In this document: positions 37,101 to 49,000 of the stretch, piece by piece | How the letters are laid out: each line of letters begins with the position of its first letter | How positions within the stretch are numbered: position 1 is the stretch's first letter | Notes under the pieces: model-generated | Told to the model about the DNA's origin: nothing | What the model saw: only the letters and a program-made list of their open reading frames with translations | Database searches by the model: none | Assembly (NCBI RefSeq): GCF_009834535.1 | Contig: NC_045705.1 | Span: 71,982,001-72,046,000, forward strand | Origin: Camelus ferus | Lineage: Eukaryota | Reading direction: 5' to 3' | Length of the DNA stretch: 64,000 nucleotides | Translations under genes and position numbers: made by a program

Positions 37101-40100
37101 GGGATGGGGGTCCCAGCACTGAGGGGCAAGGTGTGCTGCCCACGGGGTGGGATGGGGTGCATGGCCTCTGGGCTTGGGGAGCAGGCTAGGGGTGCAGGAG
37201 GGGTACTCAGCCACCTGGGCTTGGAGGGTGGATGGGTTCGGGGACAGACAGAAGGCAGAAGGACCAGCAGGGGTGTGAGAGGTATCTGGACGAGGACCGG
37301 ACTCAGGGCCACGCCTGCAAGACCCCGAGGGCAGCGTGGGGAGCCGTGCCCTTCGCTGATGGTGACATGGATGGGGCAGGGTCCCTGCCAGCCCCACTGC
37401 TGGCTGAACTCTGCAGGGAGACTGTCCTGGCCCTGAGTCACATCCAGCGGTCCACAGCAGTCACCTACCATGCATGGAGTGTGCTTCTGGTCCGTCATCA
37501 GCTGGGCCAATGCCCAGAAGGCATCCTCCTCACTCAAGAACATGAACAGGACGGCCACGACCTGGTTCCTGCCCTGGCAGTAGCCCACCTCCTGCAAAAG
37601 CCAGACCTGCATGGAGGGACCCCCGAGGCCTCCTCACCCCCACCCCACTCACGCCTCAGCTCCTGGACAGGTTCCGGCTCAGCTGCACTCACGCAGCCCA
37701 GGAGACACACCAGGAGAGCCCCAGCCCAGCCCATCCCAGGCACCAGCACCACGGGGCTCTGGGCACCATCCTTGGGTCCCCTTTCTCAGATGAGGCTTGG
37801 AGGGCAGTGAGTGGGATCTGGGCTAGAGGTCCTGCTGTCCGGGCAGGTGGAGGCCTGACCAGCACACACGTGGGTGCCTGGGAGGGCACGTGGCCAGGGA
37901 GCTGGCCCAGGAGCCTGCTGTGGGCGTCCCGTGGGCCATCTCAGCTGGTGTCCCTTGAGGGGATGTTCTGGAAAGAGTGGGTGGGGCAGGAGCAGCCATT
38001 GGGAGCTGCCTCTCGGTGGGTCACATGGGACTGTGGGTCACTGGGAACCTGCACCCCCGCTAAGGTTCTGAGTGGTGATGCGGCTTCTGCAGGAGCAGAG
38101 TCAAGTTTCCTGACTGCAGCAGTGCTCATTCGGCCAGGCGTGCGCTCGCCCTGAGACACTGGCACCGAGGCAGCCACCTGGCAGCTCCGCCAAGCTTGGG
38201 CTCGTGAAGCCCGGGAGGAGGTGCCGATTTTGTGCAGAGCGCAGTCTGCACCCCTGCCTTTCCCTCCCAGTTTGAGATCAGCGAGCCCCCCTGCCCCGTC
38301 TCTGTGACCGTGTGTGCCTGTGACCTGACGGGGATGCTCACGGTGTTGTACACGGAGTAGGCCGCCAGCACATGGGACAGAGGGGACCAGAGGACAGTTT
38401 CCAGAGGATGCTGTTCATGGTATTTTGTCTACACACCCTGATGACACAACAGGCATGATTCGGAAATAAGCCAAAAGAGCCGGGGAATCTTCCAGGTGCC
38501 TCAGTGTTAACATTTTTCTGGAGTAAAGTCTACATTCACCGAAATGCAAATGTGCCAGGTGTCCAGTTTGATGAGGTTTTATTTTCTCCTTTTTTAGTTT
38601 GCCTACCTAACAGTTCAGTCTTGGGACGTACAGCTCCGTGGTTTCCATCTCGTGTGGAGCGGGCACAGCCTTGGTCCAGCTGGGCCCCGCTCCAACAGCC
38701 CTGGGGCCCGCTGACTCTCACCCTCCCCGCGGCCGTGCCTCTTCCAGGGCGTCATGTGAGCGGAGTCCTACGCGGGTCTGGATTCTTCACTCAGCAGAAT
38801 GTGGCTACAATTCATCCAAGCTGTTGAGTGAACCAGTAGCATCACTGACCTGTAGTCCATGTTAGGGAATTCCACAGTCTGTCCATTCTCCAGTTGGACA
38901 CCATCTTGGTGGCTTCTGGTTTTTAGTGATCATGCATGAAGCAGTGAATACTGCATCCTGGTTTTACGTGGCTACACATTTTCAGTTATCTGGGAAGATA
39001 CTCATGGTAACTCATGATTAATGTATCTCATGGTAACAGATGGTTAGTCTTCTAAGAAACCACCTGTCTTCCAAAGCAGCTGCACCATTTGCATCCCAAA
39101 CAGTGATGGATGGGAGTTCCTGTTGCTCCACATCCTCTCCGCATTTGGTGCTGCCACTGCTCCGGGTCTCAGCCTTTCTAGCAGCTGTGAGGTGGCACCG
39201 TGTTGTTTCCAGAATAAGCATTTTTCCTGTGTTTGTCTGCTGTGTACACACACACACCGTGTATCTGCATTATGTGTGTGTGTGTGTGTGTGTCTTCTTT
39301 GTTGAATTGTCTGTTCATATCTTGTGACCATTTTTAATGGGCTCATGTGTTTTATTATTGGGTTTTAGAGTTTTTGTTTCTATTCTGCATAAGAGCTTTA
39401 TTAGGTACATGATTGGCCAAGATTTTCTCGCAGTCTGTAGCTCTTTTTCATTCTCTTAACAGGGCCTTTTGCAGAGTGAAAGGTTTAAAGTGACATACAG
39501 TTCTGGTTGTCAGTTTTTTCTTTCCTGAGTGTCTCCTCTCTCACTCGACTGGCCTCTTCCCCAGTGTCCACGGCCTTCCCCAGTTATGGTGTTGTGATTC
39601 TCCGAAGCCATTAAACGAGTCCCCCATCCTGCAAAACAGCCAGCAGTTTAAAATGGAGTTACCTGTTGGAACAGAGCCCCACCCTCTTGTCTACATACCC
39701 GATGGGCTGCCTTCTAGGATAACAGGTCGAACACAACGCCCACCTGGCCCATCACAGGAGACCTCCCAGACTCTCTGGCCAGGTTTGCAGGTGCCGGGGG
39801 CGGCGGGGCCCCTCACACTCGTCCTCACACCCTGGGCTCCTGTCTCTGCGAGGCCAGCAGCATGGTGGCCCTAGGGTGGTGGACGTTTCGGGTGGTGGCT
39901 CCGGGCCCCGAGGGCAGGTGGCGCTGAGTCGCCTGGGCCTGGCCTCGGAGCTCCAGTGACACAGCCGCACTCCTTGGGCCAAGGTTGTGACGGGGGCACC
40001 CAGCTTCGGGGGTGTGCAGGGGCCTCTCAGTGAGGCGTCTCCTGGTGAGAGGACGGTGCGGGCCGAGGGGCGGCCACCTCAGGACGCATGGCCCGCGCCT

Positions 40101-41818
40101 GCCTTGCTGCTCTCGGCGCCGGCCGGCTCCGGGCCCTCTCCTCTCCGAGGCACGGGGCTTTGGAGAGCATCTCCTGGAGCCGACGGAGGCCTGGCTGCTG
40201 CCTGGGCTTTTTGCTGCAAAATGGGACCTGGTGGTGTTAGCCAGGCTGCCAGCTCTCCCAGCGTGGCCCTGCTGTGAGTGAACTCAAGGAGCCAGGAAAG
40301 GCCCCGCACAGCTCAAGGACGCCTCTTGACAGCTCTGCAGTCAGGGGTGCAGACAGCGCCGCCCACAACCGCCTCCTGCCTCCCAACTCCTGCCTGGGCA
40401 GTGAGGATGGGCGCTCACCCTCGCCTTGTGGGTGCTGGGGCCTCGGATGCTGAGGCTGGGCAGCTGCTCCTCCCTGGAAGGCAGGAGACGCAGAGCCGCG
40501 AGGACCTGCACCAGGCCAGCTGCCCCAAAGGCCCGGGCCCACCCCCATCAACCCCAAGGTCTCATCCCCAGAGACTCCACGGGAACGGCTGACCCCAGGA
40601 AGGTGTTGGTGGCCGGGCAGAGGGCTGACACAGCCCGGCTGGAGGTGGCATCCTCTGAGGGAGCTGAGACGCCTGGAGCTGGCTCGGGAGGGGCTGCGGT
40701 CCCACAGCAGCCCCCTCAAGAGGTGCCCCTCCTGCTGATGCAGGTCACCCCACTTTGCCCCTCCCCTCCCCCTCCTCTGCCTGAGAGCCCAGGTGTCTCA
40801 GGTGAGTTGCTCCCCGAGGCCTTGCCCTGTTCCGGGCTGCCCTCCCCCAGCAGTTCAGCCCCGCTGCAGGCCAGCTCCGACTAGGTACACACAAGGGTCA
40901 TCTGGTCCCTGCTGTCCCCCACCGGGCCTGGCCTCCTCCCCCAAATCTCCTCCCCGCACCAGACCCTGGGGCAGGTCATCTTCGGCTGTAAACTCCACCT
41001 GCCTCCCTCACCCTCCCTGAGCTTCTGAGGCCGGGTCCTACCTGCCCAGCACCCCTGGCAGTCCCTCCAGCGCCTGAGGCGCACCTGTCACTGCCCCTCG
41101 TGCCTGTCCCCCAAGGGTGCACGCCTGGGCCCCTGGAGCCCTCGGAGACCTGTGTCCAGATGCCATCACCCTGTGGCCACCTGCTGTAGAGCCACTGCTG
41201 ACCAGATGCCCTGGCCCCTCCCCCAGGCAGGCGTGGAGACCATATGGCTGAGGCCCAGGCCTGCACCAGCGCCCAGCTCTGCCCCTGCCACGTCCCCCAG
41301 TTCCCTCAGCTCAAGCCTGGTGCAGACTCTGACCCGCGGTGGCCACCAGGGCCCAAGGCCCTGAGCTGGGGAGATGGGTCCTGCCTCCAGAGACTTGTTT
41401 CTGCCAATGGAAATCGTCCCCAAGATGAGCTGGAGGGCTGTCCAGATGACTCACCACAACAAACTTGGATGGTCGGTGACTCTGTGGAGCCAGAGGTCAG
41501 CATCTTCCCATGGGTCCACTGGGGGGCCTCGTGGTGAGGGCAAGCCTGGAGCCCCAGGTGTGGAGGAGGAGGGGCAGGGTGGCTCCTCCCTCCCTGCAGC
41601 CCAGGAAGCCCAGCACCTTCTGAAAGTCACCCAGCACCAAACCGGCCTCCCTCACCTGCTCCTGCTGCCTGGAAGCCCCACCTGGGCTGCTGCTTCCCAC
41701 CGGGGACGTACCTACTTCTCCTGGGTCTGACCCCGGAAGGGCCTCACCTGTGCGTATCTGGCTGTTATTTCTGCCCATTCTGACACCAGGATGGTCTCCA
41801 GCTTCTCCATGTCCGATG
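34133..41818 (-). pseudogene. Multi-exon TBC (Rab-GAP) gene of the USP6NL / TBC1D3-TBC1D26 family, probably an unprocessed pseudogene
   Basis: Exon remnants: 41748-41818 (SDMEKLETILVSEWAEITARYAQ), 41455-41545 (VDPWEDADLWLHRVTD), 40419-40473 (EEQLPS...HKAR), ~38342-38380 (LSHVLAAYSVYNT, no acceptor), 37469-37591 (EVGYCQGRNQVVAVLFMFLSEEDAFWALAQL), 36726-36820 (GFFIPGSPKLLRFQAHHEHIL), 36502-36567 (TTKWFLQCFTDR), 36165-36255 (LKLWDTYILDSEHVL), 35746-35897 (LRQLQASMAELRRMKCDLPP), 34779-35494 (FPTRPLGLEQ...WTSLPNLP). Exon order and most phases match USP6NL. AATAAA at 34133-34138. Confidence 0.88.
38480..39600 (-). mobile_element. Antisense L1 3' fragment inside the TBC gene, carrying (AC)6...(TG)10 microsatellites
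   Basis: T-rich L1M-like text (ttttgcagagtgaaaggtttaaag..., cagtgatggatgggagttcctgttgctccacatcct). Microsatellites at 39246-39292. Confidence 0.7.
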
Positions 41819-42199
41819 CTGCAAAACAACAAAATCCAAAGACGCCACTGCGTTGAAGAGTGCCAGAGAGCCAACAGCGTGGAGTTGGCGCCGTGGAGGC
41901 AGCTCGGCGGTCTGTCTGGTCGGAGAGGAAGATGTTGCTGGGGTGGCCGACATCCAGGGCAGGTGGGTCGAGGCTCACGCTCCCCTCCGCTCACAGACCA
42001 CTCCCTGCAGCCTTGAAGCTCTGCCCCGGGGGGTGGGGGAGGCTGTGAGGAGCCAGGAGCGAGGAGTGGGCTGGAAGCCCAGGCCAACTGCTGAGCTGGA
42101 GCACTGAGACAAGGAGAGGCGGTTGCCGGTCGGTCCAGGGATGCAGCAGGGTGAGTGGGGGTCCCATCCGGCCCAGGCATCAAAAGCATGGGCATCAAA

Positions 42200-43090
42200 A
42201 GGAAAAAGAGAATCAGCTGGTCTTTATCAAAATTAAAAACTTCTGTGCCTCAAATGACACCATCAAGAAAGTGAAAAGACCACCCTCACTGTGCATAAAA
42301 ACGTTTGCAGACCACCTACCTGATAAGGGGTCTAGTACACAGTGTGTGTAACAACTCAGCACTCAGCCATCAGAAGACAGCCCTTGGAGAAAACGAACAA
42401 AGGGCTCGGACAGACATCTCTCCTAAGTCCACCCGACTGCAGAGAACAAGGCACACAGGCACAGACGCTCGACGTCAGTGGCCGTCAGGAGAACCACAGG
42501 GAGACAGGGCGTCTCGCCCACTGGAGTGGCTACTAACCACGGGGAGACACTGGGGCCTCCTGTGTTGCCGGCAGGATTGTAACGTGGTGCAGCTGCCGTG
42601 GAGGACAGTTTGGTAGTTTCTCCAAAAGGTAAAGGTGGAGTCACCTTATGACCCAACAAGTCCATGTTAGGTGTGTCCCCAAAGAGGTGAAGACAGGCAC
42701 TCAGACACCTGTACAGACACGTGCACAGGGAAACACACAGCGAAAAGCTGGCAACAATCCAGGGTCCCTGGACGGACGGATGGAAGAACAAAATGTGGTC
42801 TGTCCCTGCAGGGGCACAGTCACCCATAGAGTGGGGACCGGACATGCAGGGACATCAGGCTGACGGAAGGAAACTGGACGCACGGACCACGGACAAGTCC
42901 CTCGACGTGAAATGTGCAGAGACAGGAAGTGGGTCAGTGGGCGCCAGGGGCCGGGGGTGCTGGCTGGGGGCCTCTCTGCCAGTGGATAGAGGCTCTTCCT
43001 TGGGGCAGTGAACTGTGGAAACGGCGGTGACAGTTGCAGAGCTCCATCAACACTCTGAAAACCACTGAAAAGTAAACCTTAACAGCTACA
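42200..43090 (+). mobile_element. L1 ORF2-end/3'UTR fragment
   Basis: atcaaaattaaaaacttctgtgcctcaaatgacaccatcaagaaagtgaaaaga...ctgtggaaacggcggtgacagttgc resembles the L1M 3' end. Confidence 0.75.
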
Positions 43091-46000
43091 TTTGATGATG
43101 TGCGGATCTAAGAAAAGCAGCTCTCTTAGCCAGAGTCCCCACCGGCTCAGCCCCAGGAGACCCTGGAGGTGCCAGCTGAGAAACTGCGTGGATTAGAACG
43201 ACCCCAGGGGCTCCCAGGATGGACACACCTTGGCTCCTGCCCACTGAGCTCTTCCTGGGCCTATGGGCCCCCAGGGACACCCAACGTGGGGGTTCAGGGT
43301 TCCGGAACGGGGGTCCCCAGGCCACGGTGCTCGTGTCTGCTCCATTCGACCTCACTCTTAACTGGCGGTGGCTGTGAAATCAGCTCAGGGACTGGCTGAG
43401 CAAGAGGGGCTGGTCTGGGGAAAGGATGACAAGTTTGAACTCAGGCAGTGTCTGTGCTGAGAGACCATCTCCCGCCCACAGCTCTGACCGCGGCGGAGGG
43501 CAAAGGCCTCATTGTGCCCATTCAGGGACCAGCCACGTGAGTCCCCAGAGGACACACAGAAGGCGCGGTCGTTCAGGGCCACGCCTGGGGGATGGGGGCG
43601 GGTGACACATCTAGAGAACTGGGGGCCGGCGCTGCACTAGGGGAGGCGACAGGGAAAATGCCCTCACCTGGCCAGGTGTCCCTGAATGTCGGGCAGGTCG
43701 GACGGGACACGTCTGGAATCCAGCTCACACAGCACAGGGCCTGGAGGTGAACAGTGGCTCTGGAGGGCTCCCTAGGCCCTGCCCTCGTCCTCCCCGCCCT
43801 CCTACGTCCTCCTCTCCCTCCTCCACCCCATCTCTCCCTCAGCTCCATCCTCCCCTCTGACTGACTAGTCTACCACTTGTCCAGCCTTCATCCCTCCTCC
43901 GGCCTCTCCACCGTCCTCCTCCAGCCCCCTGGCCCCCGAGTCCCTGTCCTCCTTCCCTGCATTGGAACCGCCATGATCTTCCCCTGCCTCCCCTCCTCCT
44001 CCATCTGCTCCTCCCCTGCAGCTCCGTCCACCTCGCCTCCCCCTTTTTCCCCTCCATCCATCTCCTCCAGTCTCTCCTCCTCCCCATCACCTTGCCTCCT
44101 CCCTCCCCACTCCCATGTCTGTCCTCCTGTGTCCAGGTCCCCTCCCCCGGCCTCCATCTATCTCCTCCTCCTGCTCCTCCACGTCTCACTCATCCTCCAC
44201 CCCTTCCTGCATCCTCTGCTCCCTCCTCCTCTTCTGCATAATATACTGATGCTCTTTCTGGGACTCCTCACAGGGGACATGGCACCTCCATCACAGGCCT
44301 CACCCACAGAGCTAGGAGGCGGCTGCGAGAGCCTGGCTCAGGGACAGTGTTAGGGATCAGCCTCGTTGAGGCGAGAGCCCAGGGAGGTCCAAGTCAGCCC
44401 TGAATGGTGTCTGTCCATCAGGGTTTCATAAGGAAGGAGGGGCAGGTCACGGTCACCTTTAGGACTTCTCGCTCCTGGACCAGCAGCGCCATCCAGGATG
44501 GGAGCAGGGGTCGCGTCCGATGGGTGGAACCAGGGCAGGTGAACGTCATAGCAGGTCAGAGACCACGAGGGCGTGAAATGCCTACAGACACGAAGCAGAG
44601 TGGGTACCGGGCAGCGGGCAGAAGTGGAGGGTCATTGCCACTCCCACCCAGGATGGATCCAGGACAAGGTCTCCACTAATAACCCCGAGGTCAAGGGCCC
44701 AGTTGGAGGGTCCTGTCACCACACAGGGGATGCTGAGGAAGGACACGGAAGCCCGGCCTGCACCTGTCCCTGTAGGACCAGCCAGTCCCCCGACCTGGAC
44801 CGGCCTTCTTTCGCTCCTCACCCCCGAGCGTAGTGGTGCTGGCAGGACACTGACATCAGGCCTAAGCCTTCGAGGTTTGACTTAATGAGTACAGCCATTT
44901 CCCACACTGGCCTCATCCAGATCTCCGAGGTTCCCTGGGTCCATGGACAGTACCAGGGGCCCACTTGAGTGCAACCCATATGGGGACCACACCCTGTCCC
45001 TACACAGGATGTCTGGGCTGGCCTGGACTGTCCCCCCCCCCCACCTCCTCCATCTGCCTCTTCCATCTGCCACCTCCATCTCCAGGTCCTCCTCCTGGTC
45101 CTGCCCTTCTCCTCCTCCTCCATCTCCTGCATCCATCTTTCCTCCCATATCAATCTCTTCTCTTCCTCCATCTTCCACGTAAGCCTTCCCCTCTTCCTGC
45201 AGCGCCCTCTCCCTCCTCCTACAACAGCCAAGATGTCTAAGCAGGTGGGTTGTAGAAGGGCAGGCGAGGGTCAAAGTAGGTCAGATACCATGAGTCACGA
45301 AGCAGAGTGGGTGCCAGGCCGCGAGTGGAACTGTGGGGTCCCTGCCATTCTAAGGCACTATGAGGCTCCAGTCAGCGATTGGTCAGTTCTGAGCCCTTTG
45401 GCTGGAAGGTCTAGCACCGCAGGGGGAGGGCCTGTCACCACGAGTGTCCACAGGAGGCCGGTCCCTCTCCCAGCAGCCCTCAGCCCATCGTCATGGCTTC
45501 AGGACTCCCACCCTCACAGGTGCTTTGTGTTCCACAGGTGTGCACGGGTCCTCCCCACGGTTTCACTGGGCGTTACTCACTCACCAGTAGCTGAGAAACC
45601 TTCCTCTCCCACCTCGGACGTGTGTCCTGTTGAATGGCCGTGTCACCTGGCTTTTAAGGACTCATCATGGCTTATGTCCAAATTCTTTTGGATGGGCACT
45701 CATGTTTTTCTGCTTTGGCAAATTTGGAAGATCCCATGGAGGGATGTTAACGCACTTTGTTCCCAAATGCAAGCATGCTGTTGGTCACCTGTGTGCAACC
45801 GAGCTCTTACTGAGCGTGTCTAAGGCGGCCACGGACCCCCAGCCAGACTCTCTGAGATTTCCTGGCCTTCACGAGCGGCCACGGCCCTGACTGGGGCCGA
45901 GGAGGGAGGTGCCTGGTGACATTGCTCTCGGTTACACTCTGCATGTCTGCTGGGAGCCAGGCAAGCAAGGACGCTTCATCGCTGCTTCCTTTCCATTGTG

Positions 46001-49000
46001 AACTGTCTCTTCACGCCACTTCCCTTTTTTTTGGCCTTGTAAAAACCTGAGCTGTAGAAACTGCTCCCGTTGAAGACAGCCAGCAGAGCAAACAACCTCC
46101 CGCCGTTCACGTTTCCCTTGCCGTTGATTAGGGCCCCCCCTCGCAGAGACCTGGCTGCTCTGGGGCTGCATCCGCCCCTTCCTACGCCCTCCAGGATTCT
46201 GTCTCCTTACAAAGGTCTGCCTTCCTTCCTGCTGCAATGCCACAGCAGGCGCGTCTTGGGGGCTGGTTGGGGGAGCTCTCTCCCTCAGCACTTTCCCAGG
46301 CTCTTCCCAGATGATCTTGCTGACTTTCTGTCCCCATGAACGTTCACATCGGCGGGTCACGGTCCCGAGATGGCTGGCACCACATTTTCCCTGGGCTCCC
46401 CTGTGTCGTGATGCGGGGAGAGGCTCATCCCAACAGGGCAATCTCACGTCCAGTTGGGGTACCGGCCTGGGTCCTCACCCCCTCCCGGCATGGACGTGGA
46501 CGGTGGTACAGGAGTCAGCAGGCTGGGGACAAGATCAGGTTCTTGCCCCTCCCTGGCCCCCTGAGACTCAGGGCCCCCACTGTCCCACTCCAGTTTTCTG
46601 TTGAGCGCTCCTCGCCGGGAACCTTACTGATTCCCACTGTTTCCTGAAGTTCACGTGGGCACTGTGGCGTCTGGTCTGGTCTCTGGGCCCTGGATAGCTC
46701 TTGGACACGTAGCAGAAGTCCCGAAGGACCTTGAGTTTAAGATGCATGCCTGGAAATCATCCTGGTGCGTCTGGGGCAGGGAATACTTGAGCTCAACTCA
46801 GGCGCTCAGGCCCTGCCCCTGCCAGTTCTAGGTGACAGTGGCCTCGGCCGCAGACCGCCTCCTCCAGCCAACTCAGGGACTGAGCCTCTCCCCAGGGTCC
46901 GGCAGGCAGCATCCACGAAGACCGCGGTGGCCTGCGGGGTCAAGCCGCAGTGACAGGACAGTGATAGGAGACCAGAGCTGGGCCAGGCTGCACAGAGGGA
47001 CTGCAGACACTCCAGATGCTCAGGTGCCCTCGGGCCGAGCGGCAGACGAGCAGCCCGCCCACCTCACGGCTCATGGGGGTCCTCACAGTTGCCAGAGCAG
47101 CCTCTCCCTGGGACCCTCATTGGCTGGTGGAGGGGCTCCTTCTTGGGCCCCTGGTCGGCATCTGATGCTGACATAGTTCAGACACGGAGATGAAGGCTGG
47201 AGAGGGTGGGGGCTTCCCCAGACGCGGGCCCAGAGGACTCCCAGGCCTGGGACCTCCAGGCTCCAGCCCCACCTGGGTTCTGCTGAGAAGCTGCCTCCCT
47301 GGACTGACCACAGGTCTTTAAGGCTGAGGGGAGGCATCCCCGTTTCAGCAGGACTGCCTGAGGGGACAAAAGCCCCCAAGGAGAAGGTCCAGGAGCTGCA
47401 GAGGGGCAGAGCTAAGAGGGGAGGGGCAGCACGACAGCCAAGCTTCCTGGAGTTTCAGGGCATCATTGAAAAAGGCTCAACAGCAGAGGGTAGAACGGTG
47501 GGTCCCCGGGGCGGGGCTTGTAGTCCACCAGGTGCAAACAGTTCAGGTGTGCAGGAAGGTCCGTTCCAGAGGTGCCCGTGGCTAACAGCACGGGGCTGTG
47601 CTCACAAGACGGTAGGAGGGGAGCTCTCACGTGTTCCTGCCTCAATAAAAAGAAAAGCCAGGCGAACATGATGCAAAGAAAGACAGCGAAAAGAAACCCA
47701 AGCACATCAGTAGCTGTAGTAACTGAAGGGACCAGACTTACCGGCTCCAAATCGTGGTTTTAAGTGCAAGTGAGTGAGCTCTGCCTGCAGCAGCTGTGAC
47801 AAGGCCGCCTCAGTGTCGGACGGGCAGCGGTGCCGGAGGGGTGCTGGCCAGGGAAGCCGGAGGCAGGCGTGGGGCAGCAGCCCTGGGGACCTGGCCGTCA
47901 GGGGCGCGCCGGCCCTGGGAAGCGACAGGACTCAAAGGACCGACACGCAAACCGGCAGAGCCTGAGTGGGGTGCGACGCACCCCCGTCCCGCGCATCGGA
48001 ACCAGCGAGGGGTACAGAGGTGCACGGTTCACAGACGTCCCCACGAATGTTGATGGGCTGGGTGGCGCTCACACACGGATGCTCTGCCTGCTCGTTATAG
48101 GTCGTGCAGGCTTTTCAGGCACATGTGCCGCCGGCAGGAAGACCGACTGTATCCTGGGGAGAAAGCAAATCTCAACGAACACTCGAGAATCAGTATCATG
48201 AGGGAATGCTTTCTGATAACAGTCCATTAAGGTCAGAATCAACTATGAAAAAGTCCTCGAAAACTCCAGGGAGTCGAGCCCCTTCCCCCACAGGGGCCGC
48301 GTCCAGGATGTGCCCAGACGTGCACCACGGCCTCTCCCTTCAGGCCTCAGCGGCAGGCTTGGTGAGGCTAACGTCCTGGGGGTGCAGGGCCTGCCTGGGG
48401 GCAGTGGGAGGGCAGAGGTTGAGAGAGGAGCAGGGAGCCTGAGCCTGCGATCGGTCGGCCCCACTCTGTGACCCCTGGTGCTCCCGGGCCGAAGGGCTGT
48501 GCCGGTCCCAGGGCGGCCCCTGCACTCCGCTGGGCCCCTCATTGTTCTGCACGTGGACACAGAGGCCTGCGGCTCAGACCTGCAGCTCAAACCCCTGCTG
48601 GGCTCCCAGCTCAGCTTGAGGCCTCTGAAGACCGGAGAGCCGTGGGGCCTTGTGGCCAGGCTGCCCAGGGACCAGGGGAGTAGCTCCTCTTATGTGAACC
48701 CCACAGTCCTTCAAGGGGTGGAGTGAGGGGCTCAATGCACACATCTGCTGTCATGCCAGGCTTTGGCAGGGAAGGCCAGCGAGTTGGTTCTCCCAAGGTG
48801 TCTCAAAGCCTGGCCAGCCCAACTCAGGAAGTAGATGGACTGGGTGAAGGAAGGCACTGTTGGTTCGGACCCTTCCCTGGGAAGAGGGTAGGGGTAGGTG
48901 GCATCCTCGTCCAGCCCCATGTGTAGTCTGAAGGCACTCGAGAGGGCTTCCTGGAGGAGGTGGCCTTGTGGTGCTGGGCAGCAGGGCTGTTGTAACAAGG

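Noticed and set aside
40955-40990. Alternative TBC exon candidate (ag|cc EDDLPQGL)
   Set aside because: Wrong phase and a weak donor; exon 40419-40473 (EEQLP) fits the phase and motif better.
42820-42835. ATGG|GTGACT as a 4-nt first coding exon of the TBC gene
   Set aside because: The phase fits, but it lies inside an L1 remnant and has no independent support.
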